A DNA stretch of 64,000 bases from an uncultured bacterium (GCA_963813815.1 CAWFAD010000012.1:147590-211589); one strand, 5' to 3'; counted from the stretch's first letter, positions 26,596 through 36,596 are shown. Numbers and translations: made by a program. Notes: generated by a model from the letters alone, not told the origin.

Positions 26596-28115
26596 ATGCC
26601 TCCGAGGGAATAGCGTCCCGAGATGACGAGCGATCTCTCTTCCGGCGGGGCGAGCGGCTCATCCCCGAACCGGATAGCGGCCTCCTCGAAGCCCGGCGCG
26701 AACGATCCCGCGGCGACGGTCAGAAGAAATCGTTCGTGCGGCCTCAGATCCAAGCCGACGCTGTACCGGGTCGTGCCGCCTCCGAAGAGGTAGAGCGCGC
26801 CTCCCGCGGTGAGGGTTCCCGTGAGCCTCATCGAGCTTCGGGCGAGGAACGCAACCTCGTTCCCGTCTCCCGCGTCGTCGATCCGCGTCACGAGACTCGT
26901 TCGCGCCAGTCTCGCGTCGCTCGCGATCGAAACGACGAACGACGATCGCTTCCCGTCGGCGGCGAGGATCCTGCCCGAGAGCTCGAGACCGCCCCGGCAG
27001 CGCGCCCGCGCCTCGGCGGCGAGGCGCCGGCCTTCGCCCGTGTCCCGGCGGCCGTTCGACGCGTCTATCGAGAGAAGGGCGTCCCTCTTCAGCGGCCGCC
27101 ACCACGCGAGCACGCTCGCCTCGTCGGTCCCCGGCGCGAGCTCTCCCTGGGGATTCGCGAAGGAGGCGCCGACGAAGCGATAGGCGGGGACGAATCCGGC
27201 CGAGCCGAAGCGCCCCGCTCGAAACGAAAACCCCTCGATCCCGGCGGAGAACGCGTCGTTCTCCGAAAAAACGGCCGACGGGGCGCCGGGCTCGAAGCGC
27301 TCGAAATCGAGATCGAAAAACGAATCGTCCCGGAGATCGTCCCATCTGCCGCGCCGCGAGCGCGCGAGCTCGGCGACGAGAGCGATTCCGCGCGCCGCGG
27401 CTCCGATATCGACGCCAACCGTCACGGCGTCCCCGGCGGCGATCGACCGGACCTCGGAGAGAAGGGCCCCAGCCCGGATGCGCCCTCCCCCCGCCGCTTC
27501 GATTCGCAGCAGGCGGAACACGTCGACGCCGCCATGAAAGAGCGGAAGCCCCCCCACCGTCTCCGCCGCCTCCCGATCTCTCGCGGCGCTCTCGATATAT
27601 TCGATACGCACCCGCGGGATCACGCGCGCGACGATCCTCGCGCCCTCCGCCCTCCCCTCGAGCAGCGCCGACTCATCCGAAACGATCTCCATGAGCCGGT
27701 GGTTCGTGCGGAATTGCCGCTCCCGCAGAAACAATCGTCCCTCGATCGCACCCCCGGGCAGAGCGAACGCGGCGTGCCCCTGATCGAGCATGAAGCGATT
27801 CTCGAAACCCCATCCCGCGAGACGGCGGCCCGAGGCGCCCTTGAGAAACACCGACACGCCTCCCCGGGGGCGCAGCTCGCCCATTGCCGCGAGCCGGTCG
27901 GCGAGATGCGAGGCGGATTCCTCTTCGTTCCACGGGAAGGCGGCTGATGACCGGACGACGTCGAGCCGCGCCGAGTAGACGGCGCCCCAGACGAAGCGCG
28001 GCAGAGAATCCGCGGCGGCCTCGGCGCATCGAGCCGCGGCCGGGAGGCCGCAGAGCGCGAGGCAGGCCGCGACGAGACCGGCCGTCCAGGCGATCCCTCG
28101 AGTCCGCATCCTCAT
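26592..28115 (-). CDS. Secreted hypothetical protein, possible outer-membrane beta-barrel
   Basis: Start chosen at ATG 28115 (MRMRTRGIAWTAGLVAACLALCGLPAARCAEA, signal-peptide-like), which overlaps the upstream stop as ATGA. The longer 754-aa track ORF overlaps the upstream gene in another frame. I recognise no family. Confidence 0.6.
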   Translation of the reverse strand: MRMRTRGIAWTAGLVAACLALCGLPAAARCAEAAADSLPRFVWGAVYSARLDVVRSSAAFPWNEEESASHLADRLAAMGELRPRGGVSVFLKGASGRRLAGWGFENRFMLDQGHAAFALPGGAIEGRLFLRERQFRTNHRLMEIVSDESALLEGRAEGARIVARVIPRVRIEYIESAARDREAAETVGGLPLFHGGVDVFRLLRIEAAGGGRIRAGALLSEVRSIAAGDAVTVGVDIGAAARGIALVAELARSRRGRWDDLRDDSFFDLDFERFEPGAPSAVFSENDAFSAGIEGFSFRAGRFGSAGFVPAYRFVGASFANPQGELAPGTDEASVLAWWRPLKRDALLSIDASNGRRDTGEGRRLAAEARARCRGGLELSGRILAADGKRSSFVVSIASDARLARTSLVTRIDDAGDGNEVAFLARSSMRLTGTLTAGGALYLFGGGTTRYSVGLDLRPHERFLLTVAAGSFAPGFEEAAIRFGDEPLAPPEERSLVISGRYSLGGM

Positions 28116-29041
28116 CGCCAATCTCTCTCCCGCGCCGCGAAGATCACTCCCTCGCAGAAAAGGCTCCACGTGACGCCGTCCGCCCCCTCGTTCGCGAACG
28201 AGACACCCGCCCGCAGCCGGGATCCGGTCCAGCGAAGCCCGCCCGTCGCGTCGCCGTCCGAGAGGCCGAAGATGAGCTCGACCGGCAGAGCCGCGCGGGC
28301 GCTCACTCCGAAATGCCCCTTCGTCTCGCCGCCCACAGCGCTCCGCGCGATCGAAAGCACGATCGTGTTTTCCCAGAAATAGGAGACGCCCCAACGAGCC
28401 GTCCTCCCCCAGCGGAGGGGACCGGCGTCGTCGGCGCCGCGATCGAACAGGTTGCCCGCGGCGTACCCGAACGAGATGGCGGGAAGCGGGCGGACGACGA
28501 TTCCGAGATCGGCGCTCGCCGGCGACCACTCGCCGCCGTCCTCGAGCGGCGATGCGGCTCCGCCGGTCCTTCCGGCGACGGCGGCGGCCCCGATCGCGAT
28601 GTACGATCCCTGCGTGCCGGCGAGGAGGGTGCGCGCGGCGCCCGCCGCTATGAAATCCTCGCTCGAGAGCGGCCCAGCGAGCCGGTACCAACCGAGGCCG
28701 CAGATCGCGGGCCCGGCGTTTCCGGCTATCGCGAGGCGCGTTTCGCGCGCGTGCGCCTTCGCGGAAGGCTCGGCGTAATCGGCATACGACTCGAGCCCCC
28801 CGATCGAAACGAGACCGGCGGGATTCACGAAGAGCGCGCCGGCGCCCCCCGCGCACGCGACGGTGGCCCCGCCGGCGGCCGTCGAGAGCGCCGCGAGGGC
28901 CGCCCGGTCGAAGCGGGCGAGCGCCGGAGCGGCGTTCGCGAGCGGAATCGACGCGATCGCGCAGAGGAAAATCGCGCCGGAGAGAGGGCGCGATCCGCCG
29001 ATCCGGCGCCCGCCCCGGTTTCCGTCAATCATCCGCCTCAT
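28112..29041 (-). CDS. Secreted hypothetical protein, PorV/FadL-like small beta-barrel
   Basis: Signal peptide IFLCAIASIPLANA. GGAGALFVNPAGL resembles the N-terminal motif of the 6590-8500 barrel. The sequence is Gly/Ala-rich with alternating strand patterns. Confidence 0.6.
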   Translation of the reverse strand: MRRMIDGNRGGRRIGGSRPLSGAIFLCAIASIPLANAAPALARFDRAALAALSTAAGGATVACAGGAGALFVNPAGLVSIGGLESYADYAEPSAKAHARETRLAIAGNAGPAICGLGWYRLAGPLSSEDFIAAGAARTLLAGTQGSYIAIGAAAVAGRTGGAASPLEDGGEWSPASADLGIVVRPLPAISFGYAAGNLFDRGADDAGPLRWGRTARWGVSYFWENTIVLSIARSAVGGETKGHFGVSARAALPVELIFGLSDGDATGGLRWTGSRLRAGVSFANEGADGVTWSLFCEGVIFAARERDWR

Positions 29042-29512
29042 CGATTCGCTTGAGCCCCTCGAGAATGAGGTAATCGAGCTTGACGTCGAGGAGAATGTCC
29101 TCGTCCTGCGGAGCGCAATCCTTCATAAAGAGAAACGATCCCTGCTTCCACGCGAGCACCTCGTACACGACCTCTTTCATGAGCTCGTGAATGGCGGACA
29201 CGAGCGTGTCGTGATCGATGAGCTTGCGCGCTATGAGGGTGTTTCCGATGCGTCCGGAATGCTTGGCGTCGGCGTGCTCGCGGAGCACGGCGTTGAGATC
29301 CTTGCGTTCGATCCAGCCCTTCTCGATCAGGAATTCGCCGAGCTTTTCTTCCGCGAATCGATCGTCGCGCAGATGAGCTCCCCCTTCTTGAAGTAGAAGC
29401 TCGCGACGTTCTCGGGAGTCACGAACTTGAGCTCGCCCGTGATCCGCGCCATATTGGCGATCTGGATGACGAACGCCGGATCCAGTAGCGCTAGGTCCCC
29501 GCCGAAATCCAT
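29025..29512 (-). pseudogene. DUF4388 (PATAN-type) domain protein, split by one frameshift
   Basis: Two adjacent ORFs (29327-29512 and 29025-29288) read through as ...FYFKKGELICATIDSRKK|LGEFLIEKGWIERKDLNAVLREHADAK... if one A is added to the coding-strand AAAA run at 29344-29347. The GDLALLDPAFVIQ...GEL.F pattern is DUF4388-like, from memory. Confidence 0.65.
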
Positions 29513-29611
29513 GGCTCCCCCTTCCTGTCCGGAGCGGAGCGCGGCCGTCGAGCCGGGAAACTCGGGCGAGGCCGCGCTCCGCCGCGGTTTCGCACGTTTC
29601 GCTTCACCGCG

Positions 29612-32309
29612 TCAAGCCTTCAGCGCGGCCTGGGCGGCCGCGAGAATCGCGACGGGCACGCGGTACGGCGAGCAGCTCACGTAGTCGAGGCCGACGCGGT
29701 GGCAGAACGCTACCGACGAGGCTCGCCTCCGTGCTCGCCGCAGATCCCCATCTTGAGGCGGGGATTGACGGAACGGCCCTTTTCGACGCCGATCGTGACG
29801 AGGTCGCCGACGCCGTCCTCGTCGAGCACCTCGAACGGATCGGCCGGCCAGATCCCGTGCTCGAGGTAGCCGTGAGAAAGCTGCCCGTGTCGTCGCGGCA
29901 GATGCCGAGCGCCGTCTGCGTGAGATCGTTCGTGCCGAACGAGCAGAAGTCGGCGACCTCGGCGATCTCATCGGCGCGAATGCAGGCCGCGCGGGGGAGC
30001 TCGATCATCGTGCCGCACAGGTACGCGACGGAGGGCTCCTCGGCGGCGACGCGCTCGGTCAGCTCGCGCAGCCGCGCGAGCTCCTCGCGGAAGCCGACGA
30101 GCGGATGCATGATCTCGACGAGCGGCGCCTCCCCCGCCCGAGCCTCCACGGCTGCCGCTGCGCGCACGATCGCCCGCACCTGCATCTCGTAGATCTCGGG
30201 GAACTGGAGGCCGAGCCGGCAACCCCGGGTGCCCGAGCATCGGATTCGCCTCGTGGAGCTCGAAGATGCGGTGCCGCATCGCGTCGCTCGTTGCTTCTTC
30301 CGGCGAGGGCAAGAACTCGTGCAACGGCGGGTCGAGGAGGCGAATCGTGACGGGGAAGCCCGCCATCGCCTCGAAGATGCCCTCGAAGTCGGTCTGCTGC
30401 ACCGGGAGGAGCTCGGTCGAGCGCCGCGCGCCGCTCGCTCTCGGTCGACGCCAGGATCATCTCCTGCACGATCGGGAGCCGATCGGGCGCCATGAACATG
30501 TGCTCGGTGCGGCAGAGGCCGATCCCCTCGCGCCGAACTCGACCGCCTTGGCGGCATCCTCGGGCGTGTCGGCGTTCGCGCGCACTCGGAGGCGGCTGAA
30601 CTCGTCGGCCCAGCCCATGAGCTCGTCGAAATCCCGGTACAGCGCCGAGGCGTCCCCTCGAGGGTCTTGTCGATGATCACCTGGAGCACCTCGGACGGCT
30701 TCGTGTCGATCTTTCCGGCGATCACCTCGCCCGTCATGCCGTCGATCGAGATATGCTCCCCCTCGCCGATGACGCGGCCGCCGACCGTGATCGTGCGTTT
30801 CTTGTAATCGATGGAAAGATCCTTCGCCCCGACGACGCACACCTTCCCCATCTGACGGGCGACGAGCGCCGCATGAGAGGTGGCGCCCCCCGTGGCGGTG
30901 AGAATGCCGGCCGCGGCGCTCATTCCCCGGATGTCCTCCGGGCTCGTTTCGACGCGCACGAGGATGACTCGCTCACCGCGCCCCGCCCACTCCTCGGCGT
31001 CCGCGGCGTTGAATACGACCTTGCCCGTCGCGGCTCCCGGGCCGGCGTTGATGCCCTTCGCGACGAGCCGTCCTTCCCGGCAGGCCCGATCCTTCCCCGC
31101 GGGGTCGAAGACGGGCCGCAGAAACTGGTTGAGTTGCTCGGGCTGAATCCGGCGGATCGCCTCCTCCTTCGTGATGAGCCCCTCGCGCACCATGTCGATC
31201 GCGATCTTGATGGCGGCGAATCCGGTGCGCTTCCCCGATCGCGTCTGGAGAATCCAGAGGCGGCCCTTCTGTATCGTGAACTCGAGGTCCTGCATGTCGG
31301 CGTAATGGAGCTCGAGGGCCCGGCGGACTTCCTCGAGGGCCTCGTAGATCGCGGGCATCTCATCCTCGAGAGAGACGAGGTCGCACTCCCCCTTCTGCCG
31401 GCGGTTGATCGGCTGCGGCGTTCGGATGCCGGCGACGACGTCCTCCCCCTGCGCCTTGATGAGGTACTCGCCGTAGAAAACGTTCTCGCCCGTCGCCGGG
31501 TTCCTCGTAAAGGCGACGCCGGTGCCCGAATCGTCTCCGAGATTGCCGAAGACCATCGCCTGCACGTTCACCGCCGTACCCCACGAGTCGGGTATGCCGT
31601 TGAGCCGCCGGTAGGTCTTGGCGCGATCGTTGTTCCACGAGTTGAACACGGCGCCGATCGCCTTCCAGAGCTGCTCCATGGGATCGGACGGAAACTCCAT
31701 CCCGAGGGCCGAGCGAATCATGTCGCGGTAGCGCCGTATGAGATCGACGAGATCGGCGACGCTGAGCTCGACGTCTTTCTCGACGCCGGCCTCGCGCTTC
31801 TTCGCGGCGAGTATCTCCTCGAAGGGATCGTGGTCGTCCTTGTTCGCGGGCTTCAGCCCGAGCACGACGTCGCCGTACATCTGGATGAAGCGCCGGTAGC
31901 AGTCGTAGGCGAACCGCTCGTCCCCCGTGCTGGCGGCCAGCGCCTTGACCGTCTCGTCGTTGAGACCGAGGTTCAGCACCGTGTCCATCATGCCGGGCAT
32001 GCTGGCGCGCGCGCCCGAGCGGATCGAGAGAAGCAGCGGATTGCTCTTCGCGCCGAATCGCGCATCCATCTCCTTCTCGACCTTCTTCAGGTTCTCCGCG
32101 ATCTCGGTCTCGATCCCCGAAGGGTACGCGCCCCCGTTCAGGTAGAAATGCGTACAGACCTCGGTCGAGATCGTGAAGCCGGCCGGCACCGGGATGCCGA
32201 GGTTCGTCATCTCCGCGAGCCCCGCTCCCTTGCCCCCCAGAAGCTCCTTCATGGAGCGGTTCCCCTCGGCCTTGCCTCCGCCGAAGAAATACACGTGCTT
32301 GGCCTTCAC
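29612..32309 (-). pseudogene. ppdK: Pyruvate, phosphate dikinase, N-terminal ~550 aa intact, C-terminal ~350 aa broken by six frameshifts
   Basis: Motifs GGKGAGLAEM, TGGATSHAALVARQMGK (catalytic His loop), [25 protein letters not shown] and VSCSPYRVP are all present but spread over three frames. Pieces appear in track ORFs 29604-32372, 30457-30840, 30059-30499, 29968-30402 and 29612-29971. Likely start is GTG 32309, preceded by GGAGG 6 nt upstream. Confidence 0.85.
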
Positions 32310-32477
32310 GGAAGACCTCCTATTCGATTTTTTATCAATGGGTTGCACCGATATCGAACGGGCGTTTTTCATGCTGTCAATGTATAGCGCAGCGGGAGAA
32401 AAACGGCAAGATAATTATGCGCCGCCGACCCTCAGGGCCCCGCCGGCTCCTCGAGCGCTTCCCGCCCCGCGCGTGGG

Positions 32478-34232
32478 TCATTTTACGTGGATCACCTTGA
32501 GGCGGGAGCTGATCTCGGCCGAAGAGGCGACCAGAAAATAGACGCCGCTCGCCACGCGTCGCCCCGCCTCGTTCGTCCCGTCCCACGAAACGCTCCACGC
32601 CTCGCAGGAGGGCCGCCCGCTCGCCAGCGTCCGCACGAGAGCGCCCCGGCAATCGTACACCCTGACCGTGACCGGCGCGAGCGCCGGCGATACGTACTGC
32701 GCGCGCGTCGATCCGCTGAAGGGGTTGGGGAACGGGGCGCCCGTCGCGAGCGTGGCCGGCCAGCCGGCGGCGAGCGTCGCGCTCGGCAGGCCGTAGCCGT
32801 ACGTGTTGTCCGGAAAACCGCTCCGGGAGGCGGTCGCGCGGAGGACCGATCGCATCTCCACCGGATCCCAGTCCGGATGCAATTCGAGAAGCTGCGCGCA
32901 GATCCCCGCGACGAGCGGGGCCGCGAAGGACGTTCCGTTGTAGTAACCGAACCCGGTCGTATCGGGATAGGCGACGCTCCGGGCAGGGTATCCCATGGCG
33001 ACGAAATCGGGCTTGATGCGCCCGTCCGCCGTCGGCCCGCGGGAGCTGAAGTACGCTATCTCTCCTCCGCAGTCGACGGCGCCCACGGCGATCACGCTGT
33101 CCCCGTCGGCCGGGGCGACGATCCCCCCGGTCCCGAGATTTCCGACCGAGTTCACGACGACGATTCCGTGGGAGACGGCGATATCCGCCGCCCGCGTGCA
33201 GAGAGGCGTCTCGCCGTCGAGATCGGACTGCGCGTACCAGTCCGAGTACCCGAGCGAGCTCGTGACGATATCCGCGCCCGCGCTGTCGGCCCACTCGATG
33301 CCGGCGATCCAGTTATCCTCCTCCCGCACGATCTCTTCATCGATGATCTCGGTTTTGGCGAGAAGGTAGCGCGCTCCCCAGGCGGGGCCGTAGAGATTGC
33401 CGTCGCTCCGCCCCGCGATGACGCCCAGAACGAGCGTGCCATGCCGGTCCTGGTAGAAGGGGTCGCCGGCCTCGTCCGACACATTGGAGTCGCCTTGAAC
33501 GAAATCCCATCGCGCCTCGACGCCCACGCCTCCGAGCGCCTCGTGATCGAGACGAAATCCGGAATCGAGAATCGCGACGAGGACGGGACCTCCCCCTCCC
33601 GCGGCGCCGGACGCGTTGACGCCGTCATCGAGGAGCTCAATGGCCCCGATCTGCTCGAGCTGGCATCGGCTGAGGCCGTAGGGGTCCTCGAGCGCCGGCG
33701 CGAGCTCGCCGGGTAGAACCGGCATGAGAGGCGGCTCGATGCCGGGGTCGCGCGGAACGCTTTCCGAAGCCACGCAATCGATGCGGACGACGAACGGTTC
33801 CGCCGCGAGGGCGGGAAGAGACGAGATCCGCACGTCCGCGCTCACGGCATTGAAGTACCGCGACGCGTGGCGGACACGCTCGACGTGCCCGCGGAGACGA
33901 TCGACGCAGAGCGGATCGACGGGAAGGTCGCTTTCATCGCTCGGGGACGCGCCCCGAAGCGCGCGCCGGCCGGCGGCCCTCGACGACATCCGCGGCGCGG
34001 CCGAACCCGCCGGGGCGCCGGATCGATCGCCGAGAAATATCCAGAGGGCCAGTATCTCGTCGGGGGCCGCGGTTTCGAGCCGCGAAAACACGCGAGGCGT
34101 CGCGACCCGCGAGAGCGCCCCGCTGCGCTCCTGCGGCGCGCTCTCCGCGCGCGGGAAAGCGAACGGGAGGATCATTCCCGCGCCCGCGAGGAGGCGGATG
34201 AGCCCGTGGAATCCCGTCGTGCGATTCTTCAT
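32478..34232 (-). CDS. Subtilisin-like S8 serine peptidase with C-terminal Por_Secre_tail/FlgD-Ig-type sorting domain
   Basis: Catalytic triad contexts VAILDSGF, HGTLVLGVIAG and GTSFAAPLVAG. C-terminus PFPNPFSGSTRAQY..VTVRVYDCRGALV..WDGTNEAGRRVASGVYFLV. ATG 34232 overlaps the upstream stop (ATGA). Confidence 0.85.
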   Translation of the reverse strand: MKNRTTGFHGLIRLLAGAGMILPFAFPRAESAPQERSGALSRVATPRVFSRLETAAPDEILALWIFLGDRSGAPAGSAAPRMSSRAAGRRALRGASPSDESDLPVDPLCVDRLRGHVERVRHASRYFNAVSADVRISSLPALAAEPFVVRIDCVASESVPRDPGIEPPLMPVLPGELAPALEDPYGLSRCQLEQIGAIELLDDGVNASGAAGGGGPVLVAILDSGFRLDHEALGGVGVEARWDFVQGDSNVSDEAGDPFYQDRHGTLVLGVIAGRSDGNLYGPAWGARYLLAKTEIIDEEIVREEDNWIAGIEWADSAGADIVTSSLGYSDWYAQSDLDGETPLCTRAADIAVSHGIVVVNSVGNLGTGGIVAPADGDSVIAVGAVDCGGEIAYFSSRGPTADGRIKPDFVAMGYPARSVAYPDTTGFGYYNGTSFAAPLVAGICAQLLELHPDWDPVEMRSVLRATASRSGFPDNTYGYGLPSATLAAGWPATLATGAPFPNPFSGSTRAQYVSPALAPVTVRVYDCRGALVRTLASGRPSCEAWSVSWDGTNEAGRRVASGVYFLVASSAEISSRLKVIHVK

Positions 34233-35143
34233 GCTCGCTTGCGCCGGGTCGATGCGTTCCGGAAACGGCCGATTCGAAGGTACCGGGCGACGTTCGCCCC
34301 CGGATCGATCTTCGGCACGATGAACTTCCGCTCCGTCGTCATGATGACCGTGACCCCCGGGCCGTGGCCGCCGACGACGCACGAAGCGTGCGCGATGACG
34401 CCGATCGAAAGGGCGCCGCCGCGGATCGAGCGGCCGAACCTGCAGTCGGCGTCGCGGATCGCGACGACGTCCCCGAGCCGGAGGCTCTGGAGACCGTAGC
34501 GCTGAACGATGCCGGCGCCCGAAATCTGAACGTCGAAGTCGCCGCTGAAGCTGTGGCGCGATCCCATGCCCGATCCCATGATCGAGGCCGGGATCACGTG
34601 CGTGACCGGAACGACGAGGTTCCCGTCCCGGGTCACGATCCCCATCGCGCCGAGGAGCCCCGGATCGACGCTCATGACGTGAACGCCCGGATGGCTTTGC
34701 AGCCGAAGCCCCTGCCCGACGGTTCGAATCTGGATGCGATCCCCGATCACGAGCTTGTCGAGCACGGCCGGCGGAAAATCGATGATGACGTGCTCCACCC
34801 CGCCGTGCTTTCCCGTGACCGTTCCCCGTCCGTGGATCGCCTCTCCGCTTACGACGCGCGCCTCGTTGCCGATGCACGTGAGGATGCTGAGCGCCCCGAG
34901 GCTCGTGCCGTCCCGTTCCTTGTCGTCGAGCGTGACGCTCACGCCGGGTTCGATGTGGTCCCCCGCCGCGCAGATCGCCGAATCGCCGACCTTGACGTTA
35001 TACGTGATGCCGCCGGTGCCCGGAAGCACGCTGATCGAGCCGCCCGGGTCGACGAGATAGGGGTTCTTGAGCGCGATGCGGGGATGCGATATCGCCCCGA
35101 GCACCGCTTTCACGACGCAGTCCTTCGCGTTCGTTCTGAGCAT
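34229..35143 (-). CDS. Conserved hypothetical protein (resembles DUF4438 family, from memory)
   Basis: 304-aa ORF MLRTNAKDCVVKAVLGAISHP...GTGGITYNVKVGDSA... with coding-like composition and an ATG start. Family assignment is unverified. Confidence 0.55.
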   Translation of the reverse strand: MLRTNAKDCVVKAVLGAISHPRIALKNPYLVDPGGSISVLPGTGGITYNVKVGDSAICAAGDHIEPGVSVTLDDKERDGTSLGALSILTCIGNEARVVSGEAIHGRGTVTGKHGGVEHVIIDFPPAVLDKLVIGDRIQIRTVGQGLRLQSHPGVHVMSVDPGLLGAMGIVTRDGNLVVPVTHVIPASIMGSGMGSRHSFSGDFDVQISGAGIVQRYGLQSLRLGDVVAIRDADCRFGRSIRGGALSIGVIAHASCVVGGHGPGVTVIMTTERKFIVPKIDPGANVARYLRIGRFRNASTRRKRA

Positions 35144-35278
35144 CGGTATCCCTTCGCTTCCGGCGTCGCCGCGCGGGGTCTTTCATCGGGGAATTCGAGA
35201 CGCAATCGTCGCAGAAACCGGCCCTTCTGTCAAGGCGCAAGGCGCCGGCGGGCCATGGCCCGCCGGGCGAAAAAAAGG

Positions 35279-35310
35279 AAAAAAAAGCCGCTTCCGTTTC
35301 CGGAAGCGGC
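35279..35310 (-). terminator. Rho-independent terminator after the 35334-36596 gene
   Basis: Perfect 10-bp stem GCCGCTTCCG/CGGAAGCGGC (35287-35310) with a 4-nt loop, followed on the minus strand by T8 and then CC-T7. Confidence 0.8.
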
Positions 35311-35333
35311 TTTTGATCGCGCTTCGCCGGCGG

Positions 35334-36596
35334 TCACCGGATGACGACGAGGCGCCCGTACATGTCATCGCCCCCGGCCCCCTCCACCCGGTAGATGTAC
35401 ACGCCCGAGCACACATCCCCGCCTTCCTTGTTCTTGACGTCCCACGAGACGACGCCGTCGTCGCCGTCCGCGCTCACGTGGCGGTACTCCCAGACCAGAT
35501 CTCCCGACACCGTGAAGATCTTGACCTCGGCATCCCCCGGCACGTTGAAGAACTTGATCGTCCCATCCGGGAAATTGTGATAGGAGGGCGACGTTGCGGC
35601 GGAGGTGCCCGTCCGGTACGGATTCGGCACGGCGTATATCCTGTCGACGCTCTCGGGGGCGTCCACCGTCATGACGACCTCGTGGGCGACATCCTCGCAC
35701 TCGACCGGCTCGCCGGGGATCTCGGGGGCCTCCGGATCCTCGTCGCAGATGAAATTGTCGGTCTTGTTGAAGAGGAACTTTCCCTTGAAATACCCCTTGT
35801 CGAAGCAGCTCACGTGGTAATAGTAGGTGAATCCGACGAAAACGTCGTCGTCGACGATCTCGTAATATGGCCGCCCCCCGCCGTCGACCTTCGGCCACTC
35901 GAGAAAGTAGAGCGAGTCGGCTCTCTCGCCGAGGAGGTACGCGTCGTCGCGGGAGAGCTCCGAGATGATCACCATGTGGCTCGGCACCGGCGAGAGGCCG
36001 CGCCAGACGTGGAAGCCTTCGTACGTCTGAAGATCGATCTCGAAGTAAGCGGGGGCTTCATCCCAGGTCGTATCGACGACGCCGTCGCTGAAGCTCAAGC
36101 TGATGCCGAGATCGAGATCGACTCCGCTCTCGAGTCCCTCGAGCACGAGCGGTATGGGGCTTCCCACCGTATAGTAGAGGGATCCGAGATTGAACTCCTT
36201 CGCGTAGGAATCGAAGCGATCGACGACCTCGGCGCGCATGCGGATGGACGGCGTGTACGCGACGGTGTCCCGAGTCGCCGCGCCGACGCGCGATATCTTG
36301 ACGGTGCGATCGATTACGCCTCCGTAAACGCCGGCGACGCCCACGCGCGACACGGCCGGATCGTTCACGTACCAGTTGCTGAAATCGCGGGAGCCGGATA
36401 CCGACGCGACGTCCTCGGCGGGCGGATACCATCTGACGAGGATCGCCGAACCTTCGCGACGAACGTAGACCGAGTCGGGCGGAACGATGGCGAGCCGCAT
36501 CGTGTCGATCGCGCTTTGCGCCCAAGCATCGGAGCCGGCGATGGCTATCCCGAGCAGCACGAACGCGAGCACCGTTCCCCGTCGAATACGATTCAC
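35334..36596 (-). CDS. Secreted hypothetical protein with C-terminal Por_Secre_tail/FlgD-Ig-type sorting domain
   Basis: GTG start at 36596 is preceded by AAGGAGG 4 nt upstream. Signal peptide VLAFVLLGIAIAGSDAWAQ. C-terminus VPNPY...VKIFTVSGDLV..WDVKNKEGGDVCSGVYIYRVE. Confidence 0.7.
   Translation of the reverse strand: MNRIRRGTVLAFVLLGIAIAGSDAWAQSAIDTMRLAIVPPDSVYVRREGSAILVRWYPPAEDVASVSGSRDFSNWYVNDPAVSRVGVAGVYGGVIDRTVKISRVGAATRDTVAYTPSIRMRAEVVDRFDSYAKEFNLGSLYYTVGSPIPLVLEGLESGVDLDLGISLSFSDGVVDTTWDEAPAYFEIDLQTYEGFHVWRGLSPVPSHMVIISELSRDDAYLLGERADSLYFLEWPKVDGGGRPYYEIVDDDVFVGFTYYYHVSCFDKGYFKGKFLFNKTDNFICDEDPEAPEIPGEPVECEDVAHEVVMTVDAPESVDRIYAVPNPYRTGTSAATSPSYHNFPDGTIKFFNVPGDAEVKIFTVSGDLVWEYRHVSADGDDGVVSWDVKNKEGGDVCSGVYIYRVEGAGGDDMYGRLVVIR

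Noticed and set aside
26592-28856. N-terminal extensions of track ORFs: 26592-28856, 32478-34877, 35334-37079, 44604-47603, 47653-49020, 57040-58674, 60698-61993 and 8497-23517
   Set aside because: The extended parts overlap the upstream gene in another frame and translate to Arg-rich nonsense. Internal ATG/GTG starts give signal peptides or canonical N-termini, often with SD sites or 4-nt overlaps.
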